A DNA stretch of 63,531 nt, filler included, from Octopus bimaculoides (taxonomy: Eukaryota), in NCBI RefSeq assembly GCF_001194135.2. It is 4 parts of 4 records of this genome, joined end to end, with 100 filler letters (N's around TTAATTAATTAA, not from the genome) between each part and the next. Parts side by side here need not be neighbours in the genome. Positions count along the whole stretch, not along the records: positions 16,986 to 46,752 come from NC_069007.1; 3 more parts are not named here. The stretch is one strand, 5' to 3'. The position numbers and the translations under genes are program-made. Shown here piece by piece: positions 26,601 to 36,140 of this stretch. The notes under the pieces were generated by a model that was not told where the DNA came from, did not search any database, and worked only from the letters and a program-made list of their open reading frames with translations. Positions within the stretch are counted from its first letter, which is position 1. Each line of letters begins with the position of its first letter.

Positions 26601-29600
26601 TATTTTATTGATCTCTTTTGCCGAACCGCTAAGTTACGGGGACATAAATACACCAGCATTGGTTGTCAAGCAATGTTGGGGAGACACAGACACACAAATA
26701 TATATATATACATATAAATATATACGACGGGCTTCTTTCAGTTTCCGTCTACCAAATCCACTCACAAGGCTTTGGCCAGCTGGAGGCTATAGTAGAAGAC
26801 ACTTGCCCAAGGTGCCACGCAGTTGGACTGAACCCGGAACCATGTGGTTGGTAAGCAAGCTACTTACCACACAGCCACTCCTGCACCATAGAGAACAAAC
26901 CTTTGGTAAAAAGAGTTTAGGAAGACTTAAAAGACAGCTATAGCACAACATGAAGGAATAAATACACACACACATTTAATATGTATACGATGTGTATATT
27001 TGACAGCACTGGCAATGCAAAGTATTGTTCTCTTTGTTCCACTACACACTGGCTGCCAACTACATATGGATTTTGATGGAAGGGCTCTATCTACACAACC
27101 TCGTCACGGTGGCCATGTTTTCTCAGAAGAGCGGAGTCAGACCATATATTGTCGTTGGCTGGTGTAAGTTGATAACTAATAACTTCTTAGGTGATCTTTC
27201 GATACTAGTCCACCACAACTTCCGGTCGTTGCGCGTACGCATACTGATTACATGATCGTATAGTGTGTTTGTTTTTAAATGACTTGAAAATATGAAAAGA
27301 CAACATTAAATAGAAACTCAAACCTTCTCCCCCTCAGATGCATACAGTTCTCAAACTTTAAACACATAAACACACTATACGATCATGTAATCAGTATAGG
27401 AAGGAGATACGCCACTGTGGAGGTGCGCTTCACAACGGAGGAGGAAGCAAATAAAGCACTCTGCAGAGGCAATAAGGACAGAGGAATGGGTGCTCTTGCC
27501 TTCGTACTGCGGCAAACGTGTGGCCAAGGTGCGAGTGAGTAAGGTGCCATCCGAACTGAAACTTTAAACACATAAACACACTATACGATCATGTAATCAG
27601 TATGCGTATGCGCAACGACCGGAAGTTGTGGTGGACTAGTATCGAAAGATCGCCACTTCTTTTCTTTTTTTCCTATTACTGTCACATTACTGTATCGTTG
27701 TTTGTTTTTTTGCATCTAACATTTGACTAGGTAGAGCATGAAGTTTTCCTTCGTTTATTATATAAGGAAAAGGAGATGGTGCAATGGTCACAAGATTGGA
27801 AGGACTTTTGTCGTTTACTCTTTAAGAATAGAACATATCTTCATCAAATTCTTCAAAGAAAGAGGCGCTGTGGTTATCCCCTTAAGTTTCTAAAATTTTT
27901 TGTAAAAATGACTAGAATTCCCTCTCTCACTCTCTGGGAGAGAGGCACAAGCACAAGGGGAATACATCTACTCCCAGCATATGACCATACACCAGAGACA
28001 ACAAGTAGAGGGCTGTTGATTGTTACTCTTTTACTTGTTTCAGTCATTTGACTGTGGCCATGCTGGAGCACCGCCTTTTAGTCAAGCTAATCGACCCCAG
28101 GACTTATTCTTTGTAAGCCTAGAACTTATTCTATCGGCCTCTCTGCCAAACTGCTAAGTTACGGGGACGTAAACACATCAGCATCGGTTGTCAAGCGATA
28201 TTGGGGGACAAACACAGACTCACACACACACACACATACATACATATATATATANNNNNNNNNNNNNNNNNNNNNNNNNNNNNNNNNNNNNNNNNNNNNN
28301 NNNNNNNNNNNNNNNNNNNNNNNNNNNNNNNNNNNNNNNNNNNNNNNNNNNNNNNNNNNNNNNNNNNNNNNNNNNNNNNNNNNNNNNNNNNNNNNNNNNN
28401 NNNNNNNNNNNNNNNNNNNNNNNNNNNNNNNNNNNNNNNNNNNNNNNNNNNNNNNNNNNTATATATATGTACATATATATGACAGGCTTCTTTCAGTTTC
28501 TGTCTCCCAAATCCACTCACAAAGCTTTGGTCGGCCCGAGACTATAGTAGAAGACACTTGCCCAAGGTGCCACGCAGTGGGACTGAACCCGAAACCATGT
28601 GGTTTGTAAGCAAGCTACTTACCACACACCCACTCCTACGCCTTTATTCGTGATTTAAAATTTGTTTAATAACATTTTGAGTGAGTGTTTTTGTTTTGTA
28701 AACCTTTGTGAAATAATGACAGACAATAATGTGTCCAAAAAAGAGGAAGTGGTACACCCAAAATGTCAAGAAGTCATGGTTGAAGAATGCTGAGCTTAAA
28801 GATTGGTTACAGCATGATAAAAATCTTGTCACTTGTTACTGTGTTTGTTGCAACATTGTGTTGAAAATTGCTAACAAATCAATGCTGTTAGCTCATAAAA
28901 ACACTGCCAAACACAAAGAAGCTTTAGATTGTGCGAAATCTGCTATTAAATTAGATTCATTTATTGTTAAAACGAACAGATGACACATTAAAGGAAAAAG
29001 TAGCTAAGGCAGACATGCTTACTAACAGGCTATGTTGCCAAACATCACGTACCTTTCATCCATATAAATCACTAAGCTGAAATTTGTTGAAAGGCCTTTC
29101 CCGATAGTGAAATAGCTAAAAATCTACAAATGAAAAAAAACAAAATTAACATACATTATGCAAGACGGAATTGCACATTTTGAACAAAATGAAATCTTGG
29201 AAATTCTCAAGAAACAAGTTTTCATTATTGATAGATGAGAGTACGGGATATCTCAGTGACACAAATTTTAGCAATGGTTGTTTGCTTTTTTGATGAACAA
29301 TCGCTTAATAAGGGCAAGGTTATCGCAACACATTTTCACAGAGAGGATTAAAGCACCGTGAAATGAAGAGCCTTGCATAATGCCCCATTCGACCTGAGAA
29401 TTGAACCCACGCACTAACAATCATGAACCTAAACACAGATGTCTCGTGGCTTCACCCGGATCATATACTACTCTTTTACTTGTTTCAGTCTTTTGACTGC
29501 GGCCATGCTGGAGCACCGCCTTTAGTCGAGCAAATCGACCCTAGGACTTATTCTTTGTAAGCCTAGTGCTTATTCTATCGGCCTCTTTTGCCGAACCGCT

Positions 29601-29663
29601 AAGTTACGGGGATGTAAACACACCAGCATCGGTTGTTAAGCGATGTTGGGGGGACAAACACAG

Positions 29664-29700
<37 letters not shown>

Positions 29701-31822
29701 TACGACGGGCTTCTTTCAGTTTCCGTCTACCAAATCCACTCACAAGGTTTTGGTCGGCCCGAGGCTATAGTAGAAGACACTTGCCCAAGGTGCCACGCAG
29801 CGGGGAATGAACCCGGAACCATGTGGTTGGTAAGCAAGCTACTTACCACACAGCCACTCCTGCGCCTATGATAATGTTACTATTGTTGTAAACCGCATTA
29901 TCGATAATGGTATATGCTTGGCAGTAAACAACCTGTCAGAAAGATCAAACACCGGAAGCAGACAGTAATTTTAGGTTCCATATTACAATTGCTGTTGTTA
30001 TTGTCATTGTTGTTGTTGATGATGATGATGATGATGTGTTTATTGCAAATGTTGTTGTCATTCTACTTTTAGTTTCATTTTTGAAATTTCCAACATTACC
30101 TTTTTTTTCCCCGTGATTGCTTTTATATTTTTTTGTAGATTAGTTTTATTGTCGTTACCATTACAATTTTCTGTTATTATATTTCATCTTTTTTTTTTTG
30201 AGTGATTGTTTTTTTCTTCATTGTCATCTGTTTTTTGTTTTATTTCGTTCCGTTGCCATTTTTGTCTATATAATTTTTAAAATGTTTTTTTGTAAACACT
30301 AATAAGGTTTCCATGATGTTTGTAACAACAAAAACAAACATAACCATTCTTGGGTCGATGGCATGACAAAGAAATATAGTAGTAGTAGTAGTGGTGGTGG
30401 TGGTATTAGTAGTAGTAGTGGTGGTGGTGGTATTAGTAGTAGTAGTGGTGGTGGTGGTGGTGGTAGTATCAGTAATAGTAGTAATGTAGTGGTGGTGAAG
30501 GTGGTTGTGGTGGTATTAGTAGTAGTAGTGGTGGTGATAGTAGTAGTAGTAGTAGTAGTGGTAGTCGCAGTGGTTGTGGTGGTAGTGGTAGTATTAGTAA
30601 TAGTAGTAATGTAGTAGTGGTGAGGGTGGTATTTTTAGTGATGGTGGTGGTAGTAGTAGTAGTAGTGGTGGTGGTGGTATTAGTAATAGTGGTAGTCGCG
30701 GTGGTGGTGGTGGTGGTAGTGGTGATATTTGTAGTAGCAGTGTGCTGGTAGTATTATAGTAGTAATGTAGTAGTGGTGAAGGTGGTGGTGGCATTTGTTG
30801 TAGTAGTAGTAGTAGTGGCGGAAGCAGTAGTGGTGGTGGCGGCGGTGGCAGTGGTAGTGGTTTTGGTGGTGGTGGTGGTGGTGGTGGTTGTGTTGGTAAT
30901 CGTTGTAGTTATCATTGTGATGGGATGGTTGTGGTAGTCGTGGTGGCATAAGAAAACGCTGCTCTAAATTCTACTGAAGTGTCATTTTCTACTTGCAGGT
31001 TTTCCGTTTAGTTTTGTGATTCCATGGGTTGTTGTGAGGCTGTTTCTAGAAGATACATAGTAAGTACTACAATTATAGCTGTTGTATAGCCCAAGGTCAG
31101 CCCTGATCCAGCACCACACCTATGATCAAAACGAATTTTAGTCATAATCACATCTTACTTTCAAGCCTGGTGCATCTAGCACTATATTAAATCATTAAAT
31201 ATGTAAACTGATCAGGTATATATGTATGTAGGAATATCTGTACATACACACAGATACATACACAAGTATATATATAAATGTGTGTGTGTGTGTGTTTGTA
31301 AGCCGTCTAAGAGTTCATAAGTCAGGAAAAAATGCAAGTGTATATCTGGCAGTAGAGTGGGTATGCTAATTGAAGTATTATATATCCATTACGACCGAAC
31401 TTACCAATTGGTTTTGCACCAGTGGTTCAATGGAGTGTTAGTTAACAGTCTGGTTATGTAACCCTGTGCTCTTCAGAGGAATCCGTTATGGAATGAAATA
31501 TGGCAACTGTTCTCCATTGTTGGAGATGAATAGAAAGTTGACCTCAGTTGAATTTGAACTCAGAACATAAAGACGGATAGAATGCTACTGAGCTTTTTGC
31601 CCGGCCTGCTAACGATTCTGCCAGCTCACCACCTCAATAATAATAATAATGATAATAATGATTTCTTGTTTATCATTTCAGCTGCTGGTACACTCATTCA
31701 AACAAGGCATATTTTTGGATTATGAAGGGCCCCATTATGGGATCAGTTATGGTAAATACCAGTCTTCTATGGACAATATACATGTCTGTGTGTGTGTGTG
31801 TGAGTGTATACATGTATGTTTG

Positions 31823-31853
<31 letters not shown>

Positions 31854-31874
31854 GTGTGTGTATGTGTGTGTGTG

Positions 31875-31913
<39 letters not shown>

Positions 31914-34900
31914 GTATATATATGGGGGGAGAGAGAGAGAGAGAATGATGAACATAAAGAGATAAAAGTCTTTGGTTTTATATATAGAATATTTATACAT
32001 GTAAATAAAAAAATAGGCAAAGAGGGGGCAGATATGATTACAAATCCGACAGCTGTTTCTGGGGGCTCAGAGTTACTTCATAATGTTGGCAGATGTAGTT
32101 CAGCAAAGAATTGCAACCAGTAATGGAAGGAAACAAACATTATCAAGCCTCCTTCTTCTGCGTGGCACCTTGGGCAAGTGTCTTCTACTATTGCGATTGG
32201 GCTGACCAAAGCCTTGAGAGTGGATTTGGTAGACGGAAACTGAAAGAAGCCCATCATATATCTGTGTTTGTCATCCTTCCACCACTTGACAACTGTTCTT
32301 GGTGTGTTTACATCCTCATAACTTAGTGGGTTGGCAAGAGAGACCAATAGAATAATTACTAGGCTTAGAAAAATAAGTCCTGGTGTCAATTTGTTTGACT
32401 AAAAAAACCCTTCAAGACAGTGCCCCAGCATGATCACAATCAAAGTAAAAGGAAATCAATATTTTGAAGAAACTTGAAATCCCAGTCACTAATCAAGATA
32501 TTTTGATTTTAATAGATAGATATATAATACTCTGTTATATTATAAAATGCTATTGAGTTATTTATTGAAGTTTGTGTTGTTTTTTTTATTCTAATGAACA
32601 CTTTCCCGTATATACTCCACACATACATGCATACAAGGGGTTACTGAAAAGTTCCTGGCTTTAAGGGTCACATGAACGGCCTGTCTGGAGGCCCAACCTT
32701 CTGAGTTCTTTTACAGAGGTTAGAAAAACTGAAGGACTGCTGCAATAAGTGTGTAAATCTGAGAGGAATATGTTGAATAAAATCACAAACTGATCCTCCA
32801 TTTTCTTTTATATGTGTGTGTGTACACTATATTTCTGTACTTCACAGATTAACTTCTTGTTGTTCCTCAACATTATTCGAGTGCTATTCAGCAAGTTTGA
32901 TATGAACCGGCCAAAGAAAAGAGCCAGAAATAACCGCTACAGGTCAGTATTTGTGACACTGAGAAGTCCTTTTGGCGATCTTACGGTACAAGTCCTAAAT
33001 ATCAGCCTTTTCTGTAAAAAGTGTTGGTGAGAAACAGGGTAACGACATCATAACAGCAAAAGACATACAGAGAGCGCGATTTATTTTGAAGGGTTTAAGG
33101 TTAGGGTTTTAGGGTTTGGGTTAGGGAATTCCGTCCCTAACCGTAACCCTAAAACCCTAACCCTGACACTAAAACCCTAACCCTAACACCGTAGTGAAGA
33201 TCGTGCAGGTGTTACGGAAAAGGCCGATCTTTGGTAAAGATCGCCGAAGACACTTTTTATGGAAAAGACCGATATTTAGGACTCATACTGTAAGATCGCC
33301 GTCCTTTTTAAATCACATATCTTTCTCATTACCATCATCTAACCAAACCACTTTTACTTCTCTCTCATTTTATCTTCATTTTCTCACTTTATATACTTAT
33401 ATATGCGTTTATGCAAGTTTGTATTTATTTACTCAAGCATATCATCATCATCATCATCGTCGTTTAATGCCCACTTTCCATGCATGGGTTGGACGATTTG
33501 ACTGAGGACTGGTGGACCAGGTGGCTACACCAGGCTCCAATCTGATTTGGCAGAGTTTCTACAGTTGGATGCCCTTCCTAACGCCAACCACTCTGAGAGT
33601 GTAGTGAGTGCTTTTACGCACCACTGGCACGAAGGCCAGAGAGGCGGTACTGGCAACGGCCACGCTTGAAATGGTATATTTTACGTGCCACCTGCACAGG
33701 AGCCAGTCCAGCGGTACAGGCAACAACCTCGCTCGAATGTCTTTTTACGTGCCAGGAAGGTGACAGATTGAATTGGCATAAATTTGAGAGTATTAAACTT
33801 TTCCATTTACCAACTGAAAAAGTTTTCAGTAATTCTAAGACTACTTTTAGTTTCAAGAATTGCATTGCATGTCCTAATAATTCTTTCTAATTTTTGCAAA
33901 ATTTTGCAATGAACAGAAGTGACGGGGACGTAAACACACCAGGAAGGCCAATATTCCATGATCCAGGTTACACATAGACTTCACAGGACCATTAAACCGA
34001 TCATATTATCAAATAGTGGTAAGATAGCTTTAAAAAAAATGGCCAGAAATGTGTAAATGTAGAAAACCAACATCAATGGTAATAGTAGAATTTCTACGCC
34101 AACTTACATCCATATTTTCTTTCCACCTCCTCTTCTTTTTCTTTCTGCGCTTCTCCCAACTTCTTAATGTTTCTTCTATCAATTCACAGACGATTGGCAA
34201 AATCGACACTGGTTCTAATCCCATTATTTGGCATCCATTACATGGTCTTCCTCTGGCTCCCAGATGACATTGGCAAGAAAGCAGAACTGGTGAAACTATA
34301 TTTCGAGATGCTGTTTAATTCATTCCAGGTGAGACTCTAATCTGTTTGTCAGAAAATAGCCCTACTAAGTATTGTGAACATTACAATAGAGTACTTTCCA
34401 AAACAATATAACATCATCATCACCATCATCATTTAACATCTGTTTTCCATGCTGGCATGGGTTGGATGACTTGACAGCAACTGGCAAGGCCAGGGGCCTC
34501 ACCTGGTTTCATAGTCTGTTTTGGTTTGGTTTCTACAACTGGATGCCCTTCCTAATGACCACCACTTCACAGAGTGTACTGGGTGCTTTTTATGAGTAAT
34601 CAACACAGGTACTTCTTTTCCATGGGTCCCACTAGCAATAAAAATGATAATACAAACACTAACACATGTAGCTTGTTCAATTTATCATTCTTTGTCTTTC
34701 CAGGGACTATTTGTTGGGATCTTGTTTTGTTATATGAATGCAGAGGTAAGTTTCCGAATGGCCAATGAAATCTTTAAGTTCTTGATTACTAACTTTTCCC
34801 TACATACACCCCTAATCTGATTATTGTATCACCACTGTGCTGTTGTTGTTGTTGTTGTAGTTGCTTAGCTTTCTGCTTAACCCTCATTAAACAGATCTTA

Positions 34901-36040
34901 TCTTTCCAGTCGTTACTAGACTATCTTCAGAAGTCTGGGTCAACATTGTTCAATGCAGACTTCTTATTTAAAATGGCGTGTGATTTGAAAATTCAACTGT
35001 TATTTCTAGCAAAGTAGAGACTCACCCATTGACTCATGATATGTCCTGTGTTTCACCATGAACACTCTCACTAATTTTCATTGCGTACTCAAGGGATCAA
35101 GGCAAATTTGCAAGTTCAAATGACCCTTGAAGATCACAAAGCCACACCGCAGTTGTGACTATTTGGGGATACTCATCATCACACTCAACATCACCATCAT
35201 CATCACCATCATCACACTCATCCTCACACTCATCTTCACCATCATCACCATCACCATCACCATCACACTCATCATCATCACCATCACCATCATCACACTC
35301 ACCATCACCACACTCATCTTCACCATCACCATCACCATCACACTCATAATCATCATCACTATCATCATCACCATCACCATCACCATCACCATCATCATCA
35401 CCATCACCACACTCATCACCATCATTGTCATTATTATTGTCTTCTTCTTTAGGTCCAGTCAGAATTACGCAAAATGTGGATGCGCAAGAAACAAGGTCGG
35501 CTTGACTCAGCCTCTTTACCACGCAGCCAGTGGCAGACATTCTTCTCTTCTTCGATCATGCGCAACCGCAGTTCCGTGCGTTGCACCAACTCCCCTTCTC
35601 ACTGCCATTATCAAATGCAAACGGCCACACCATCGCCACCCACAAGGCAGACGGCAAGGTCGAATTTGCCAACAGTGCTACAACCATCGCCACCACTACC
35701 AGCATCACCACTGCTAACCCTGCGAGCGATGCAGACTCGCTCCCACCCTCAAATGCAGACCCTGGTGCAGTTGCATCCTTCGTCAACATCAATGCAGAAA
35801 CACCAAGACCTACCTAAGAAATGGCCGGGCAAAAGTGATGTGGTCGTCTTGACGAAAGGACTGAACAGTTCCAACTTTGGCATCGTTACTACAATAACCC
35901 CTACCAACACCATCATTACAAGCACCAACAGCATAATTCGTAACACCAACATTGCAGATACTAACATCGACCCCGACACCATCACTGCCAACAGAAGTAA
36001 AACAGACAAAAACGGCAGTGTTACAGAAAGCCCTGTATAA
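20570..36040 (+). CDS. PTHR: Parathyroid hormone receptor-like class B1 GPCR, 12 coding exons: 20570-20666, 21533-21643, 21797-21909, 23438-23532, 24704-24872, 27007-27163, 30999-31059, 31682-31751, 32848-32942, 34190-34328, 34704-34745, 35453-36040 (5' signal-peptide exon(s) not secured)
   Basis: All introns are GT-AG and phases chain 0-1-1-0-2-0-1-2-0-2-0-0, giving 1737 nt in frame. The six-Cys hormone-binding domain has WDG and CWP motifs. Seven TMs carry class B motifs RLHCSRN, HINMF, WILMEGLYLH, KSTLVLIPLFG and EMLFNSFQG. SKEEQ..A..QC and EMLFNSFQG match PTH1R as I recall it. Confidence 0.93.
20794..21198 (-). mobile_element. SINE family A, full length
   Basis: Pol III A/B-box-like head (tggctgtgtgg / ggttc..tccc) and gagtaaaa tail. 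Confidence 0.88.
21533..21643 (+). CDS. PTHR: PTHR-like exon: GARCSSIWDGILCWPQTLAGTVAELQCPSYINNFYTN
   Basis: ttcgcag acceptor, gtaact donor; class B CxxxWDGxxCWP...CP motif. Confidence 0.95.
21797..21909 (+). CDS. PTHR: PTHR-like exon: GLVSRKCMENGQWYVLERYNRSWTNYSQCFGETNRWVK
   Basis: ttttag acceptor, gtaatt donor; RxCxxNGxW...WTNYSQC motif. Confidence 0.95.
22050..23030 (-). mobile_element. R4/Dong-like non-LTR retrotransposon fragment (RT end, CCHC knuckle, RLE)
   Basis: WLRSSGLKAETEGFLIAAQDQSLPTRNY, CRIC...ETISHI and LWDMPIYTDREIEANR.DIVV. Confidence 0.75.
23438..23532 (+). CDS. PTHR: PTHR-like exon, TM1: VHLSHIPIIYTIGYGISLVSLCGAVLVMLYFR
   Basis: ttgcag acceptor, gtaagt donor; YTIGYxxSLxSL motif. 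Confidence 0.95.
24704..24872 (+). CDS. PTHR: PTHR-like exon, ICL1/TM2/ECL1: RLHCSRNMLHINMFMSFILRAAVCLIKEQLLVDGFGLPDDLQTHSNGQFYFRDDSS
   Basis: ctgcag acceptor, gtgagt donor; RLHCxRNxxHxNxFxSFILRA motif. Confidence 0.95.
25190..25490 (+). mobile_element. R4/Dong-like LINE RLE 3' fragment
   Basis: Similar to 14400-14700 (SCPADINISLKIKEKED..QLLRNL). Confidence 0.6.
26499..26887 (-). mobile_element. SINE family A, full length
   Basis: Same head, body and tail as the other copies. Confidence 0.88.
27007..27163 (+). CDS. PTHR: PTHR-like exon, TM3/ICL2: HWQCKVLFSLFHYTLAANYIWILMEGLYLHNLVTVAMFSQKSGVRPYIVVGW
   Basis: tgacag acceptor, gtaagt donor; WILxEGLYLH motif. Confidence 0.95.
27190..27654. mobile_element. 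Non-autonomous TIR element (465 bp, about 90-bp TIRs, GG(T/C)GATCT ends) carrying a captured fragment
   Basis: 27190-27280 is the reverse complement of about 27565-27654; TSD acttctta/acttcttt. Confidence 0.85.
28024..28643 (-). mobile_element. SINE family A with an internal gap at its microsatellite
   Basis: Both halves match family A. Confidence 0.85.
28700..29310 (+). mobile_element. hAT transposase 5' fragment (Zn finger plus first catalytic D)
   Basis: WL..KDWL...CYCVCCN...HKNTAKH, then FSLLIDEST.ISVTQILAMVVCFF. Confidence 0.7.
29466..29867 (-). mobile_element. SINE family A, full length
   Basis: Same head, body and tail as the other copies. Confidence 0.88.
30375..30950. repeat. Compound (TAG)/(TGG) trinucleotide low-complexity tract
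   Basis: Direct reading; ends about 50 bp before the receptor exon at 30999. Confidence 0.95.
30999..31059 (+). CDS. PTHR: PTHR-like exon, TM4: (C)FPFSFVIPWVVVRLFLEDT
   Basis: ttgcag acceptor, gtaagt donor, 61 nt, phase 1 to 2. Confidence 0.92.
31682..31751 (+). CDS. PTHR: PTHR-like exon, ECL2/TM5: (Y)CWYTHSNKAYFWIMKGPIMGSVM
   Basis: tttcag acceptor, gtaaat donor; CW and WIxxGP motifs. Confidence 0.92.
32153..32450 (+). mobile_element. SINE family A, 5'-truncated and diverged
   Basis: ctgcgtggcaccttgggcaagtgtcttc...ggaaactgaaagaagccc. Confidence 0.8.
32848..32942 (+). CDS. PTHR: PTHR-like exon, TM5/ICL3: INFLLFLNIIRVLFSKFDMNRPKKRARNNRYR
   Basis: tcacag acceptor, gtcagt donor; NFxxFxNIIRVLxxK motif. 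Confidence 0.93.
32974..33300. mobile_element. MITE (327 bp) with GGCGATCT TIRs and internal back-to-back telomere-like repeats
   Basis: Perfect 8-bp TSD gtcctttt (32966-32973 and 33301-33308); about 50-bp TIRs; (TTAGGG-like)n-gaattc-(CCCTAA-like)n core. Confidence 0.9.
33440..33770 (-). mobile_element. SINE-like family D with (CAT)n/(TGA)n tail; related copies at 34410-34600 (-) and 36655-36855 (+)
   Basis: Shared ccatgctggcatgggttgga...ggatgcccttccta sequence. Confidence 0.7.
34190..34328 (+). CDS. PTHR: PTHR-like exon, TM6/TM7: RLAKSTLVLIPLFGIHYMVFLWLPDDIGKKAELVKLYFEMLFNSFQ
   Basis: tcacag acceptor, gtgaga donor; PxxG motif. Confidence 0.95.
34704..34745 (+). CDS. PTHR: PTHR-like 42-nt TM7 exon: GLFVGILFCYMNAE
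   Basis: ttccag acceptor, gtaagt donor; phase 0/0, same size as the 14-codon TM7 exon of vertebrate class B1 receptors. Confidence 0.95.
35170..35440. repeat. (CAT)/(CAC) trinucleotide tract at the 3' end of the last receptor intron
   Basis: Direct reading. Confidence 0.95.
35453..36040 (+). CDS. PTHR: PTHR-like last exon: helix 8 (VQSELRKMW) and long S/T-rich C-tail ending TESPV*
   Basis: ctttag acceptor, 588 nt to TAA; joins the ORF-track ORF 35474-36040. Confidence 0.85.
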   Translation, partial: VQSELRKMWMRKKQGRLDSASLPRSQWQTFFSSSIMRNRSSVRCTNSPSHCHYQMQTATPSPPTRQTARSNLPTVLQPSPPLPASPLLTLRAMQTRSHPQMQTLVQLHPSSTSMQKHQDLPKKWPGKSDVVVLTKGLNSSNFGIVTTITPTNTIITSTNSIIRNTNIADTNIDPDTITANRSKTDKNGSVTESPV

Positions 36041-36057
36041 AGACACAAAGTTAGTCA

Positions 36058-36140
36058 CGTAGGAGTGGCTGTGTGGTAAGTAGCTTGCTTACCAACCACA
36101 TGGTTCCGGGTTCAGTCTCACTGCGTGGCATCTTGGGCAA
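36058..36140 (+). mobile_element. SINE family A head only, in the receptor 3' UTR
   Basis: gtaggagtggctgtgtggtaag...ggttcagtctcactgcgtggca. Confidence 0.8.

Noticed and set aside
26608-26943. Recurrent 60-110 aa ORFs such as ...AIVEDTCPRCHAVGLNPEPCGW and ...MWLVSKLLTTQPLL
   Set aside because: Chance frames within SINE family A copies
30363-30949. Poly-Ser/Gly/Val/His ORFs, and likewise 35097-35540 (poly-Asp/Gly) and 57968-58808
   Set aside because: Translations of trinucleotide and dinucleotide repeats inside introns or intergenic DNA
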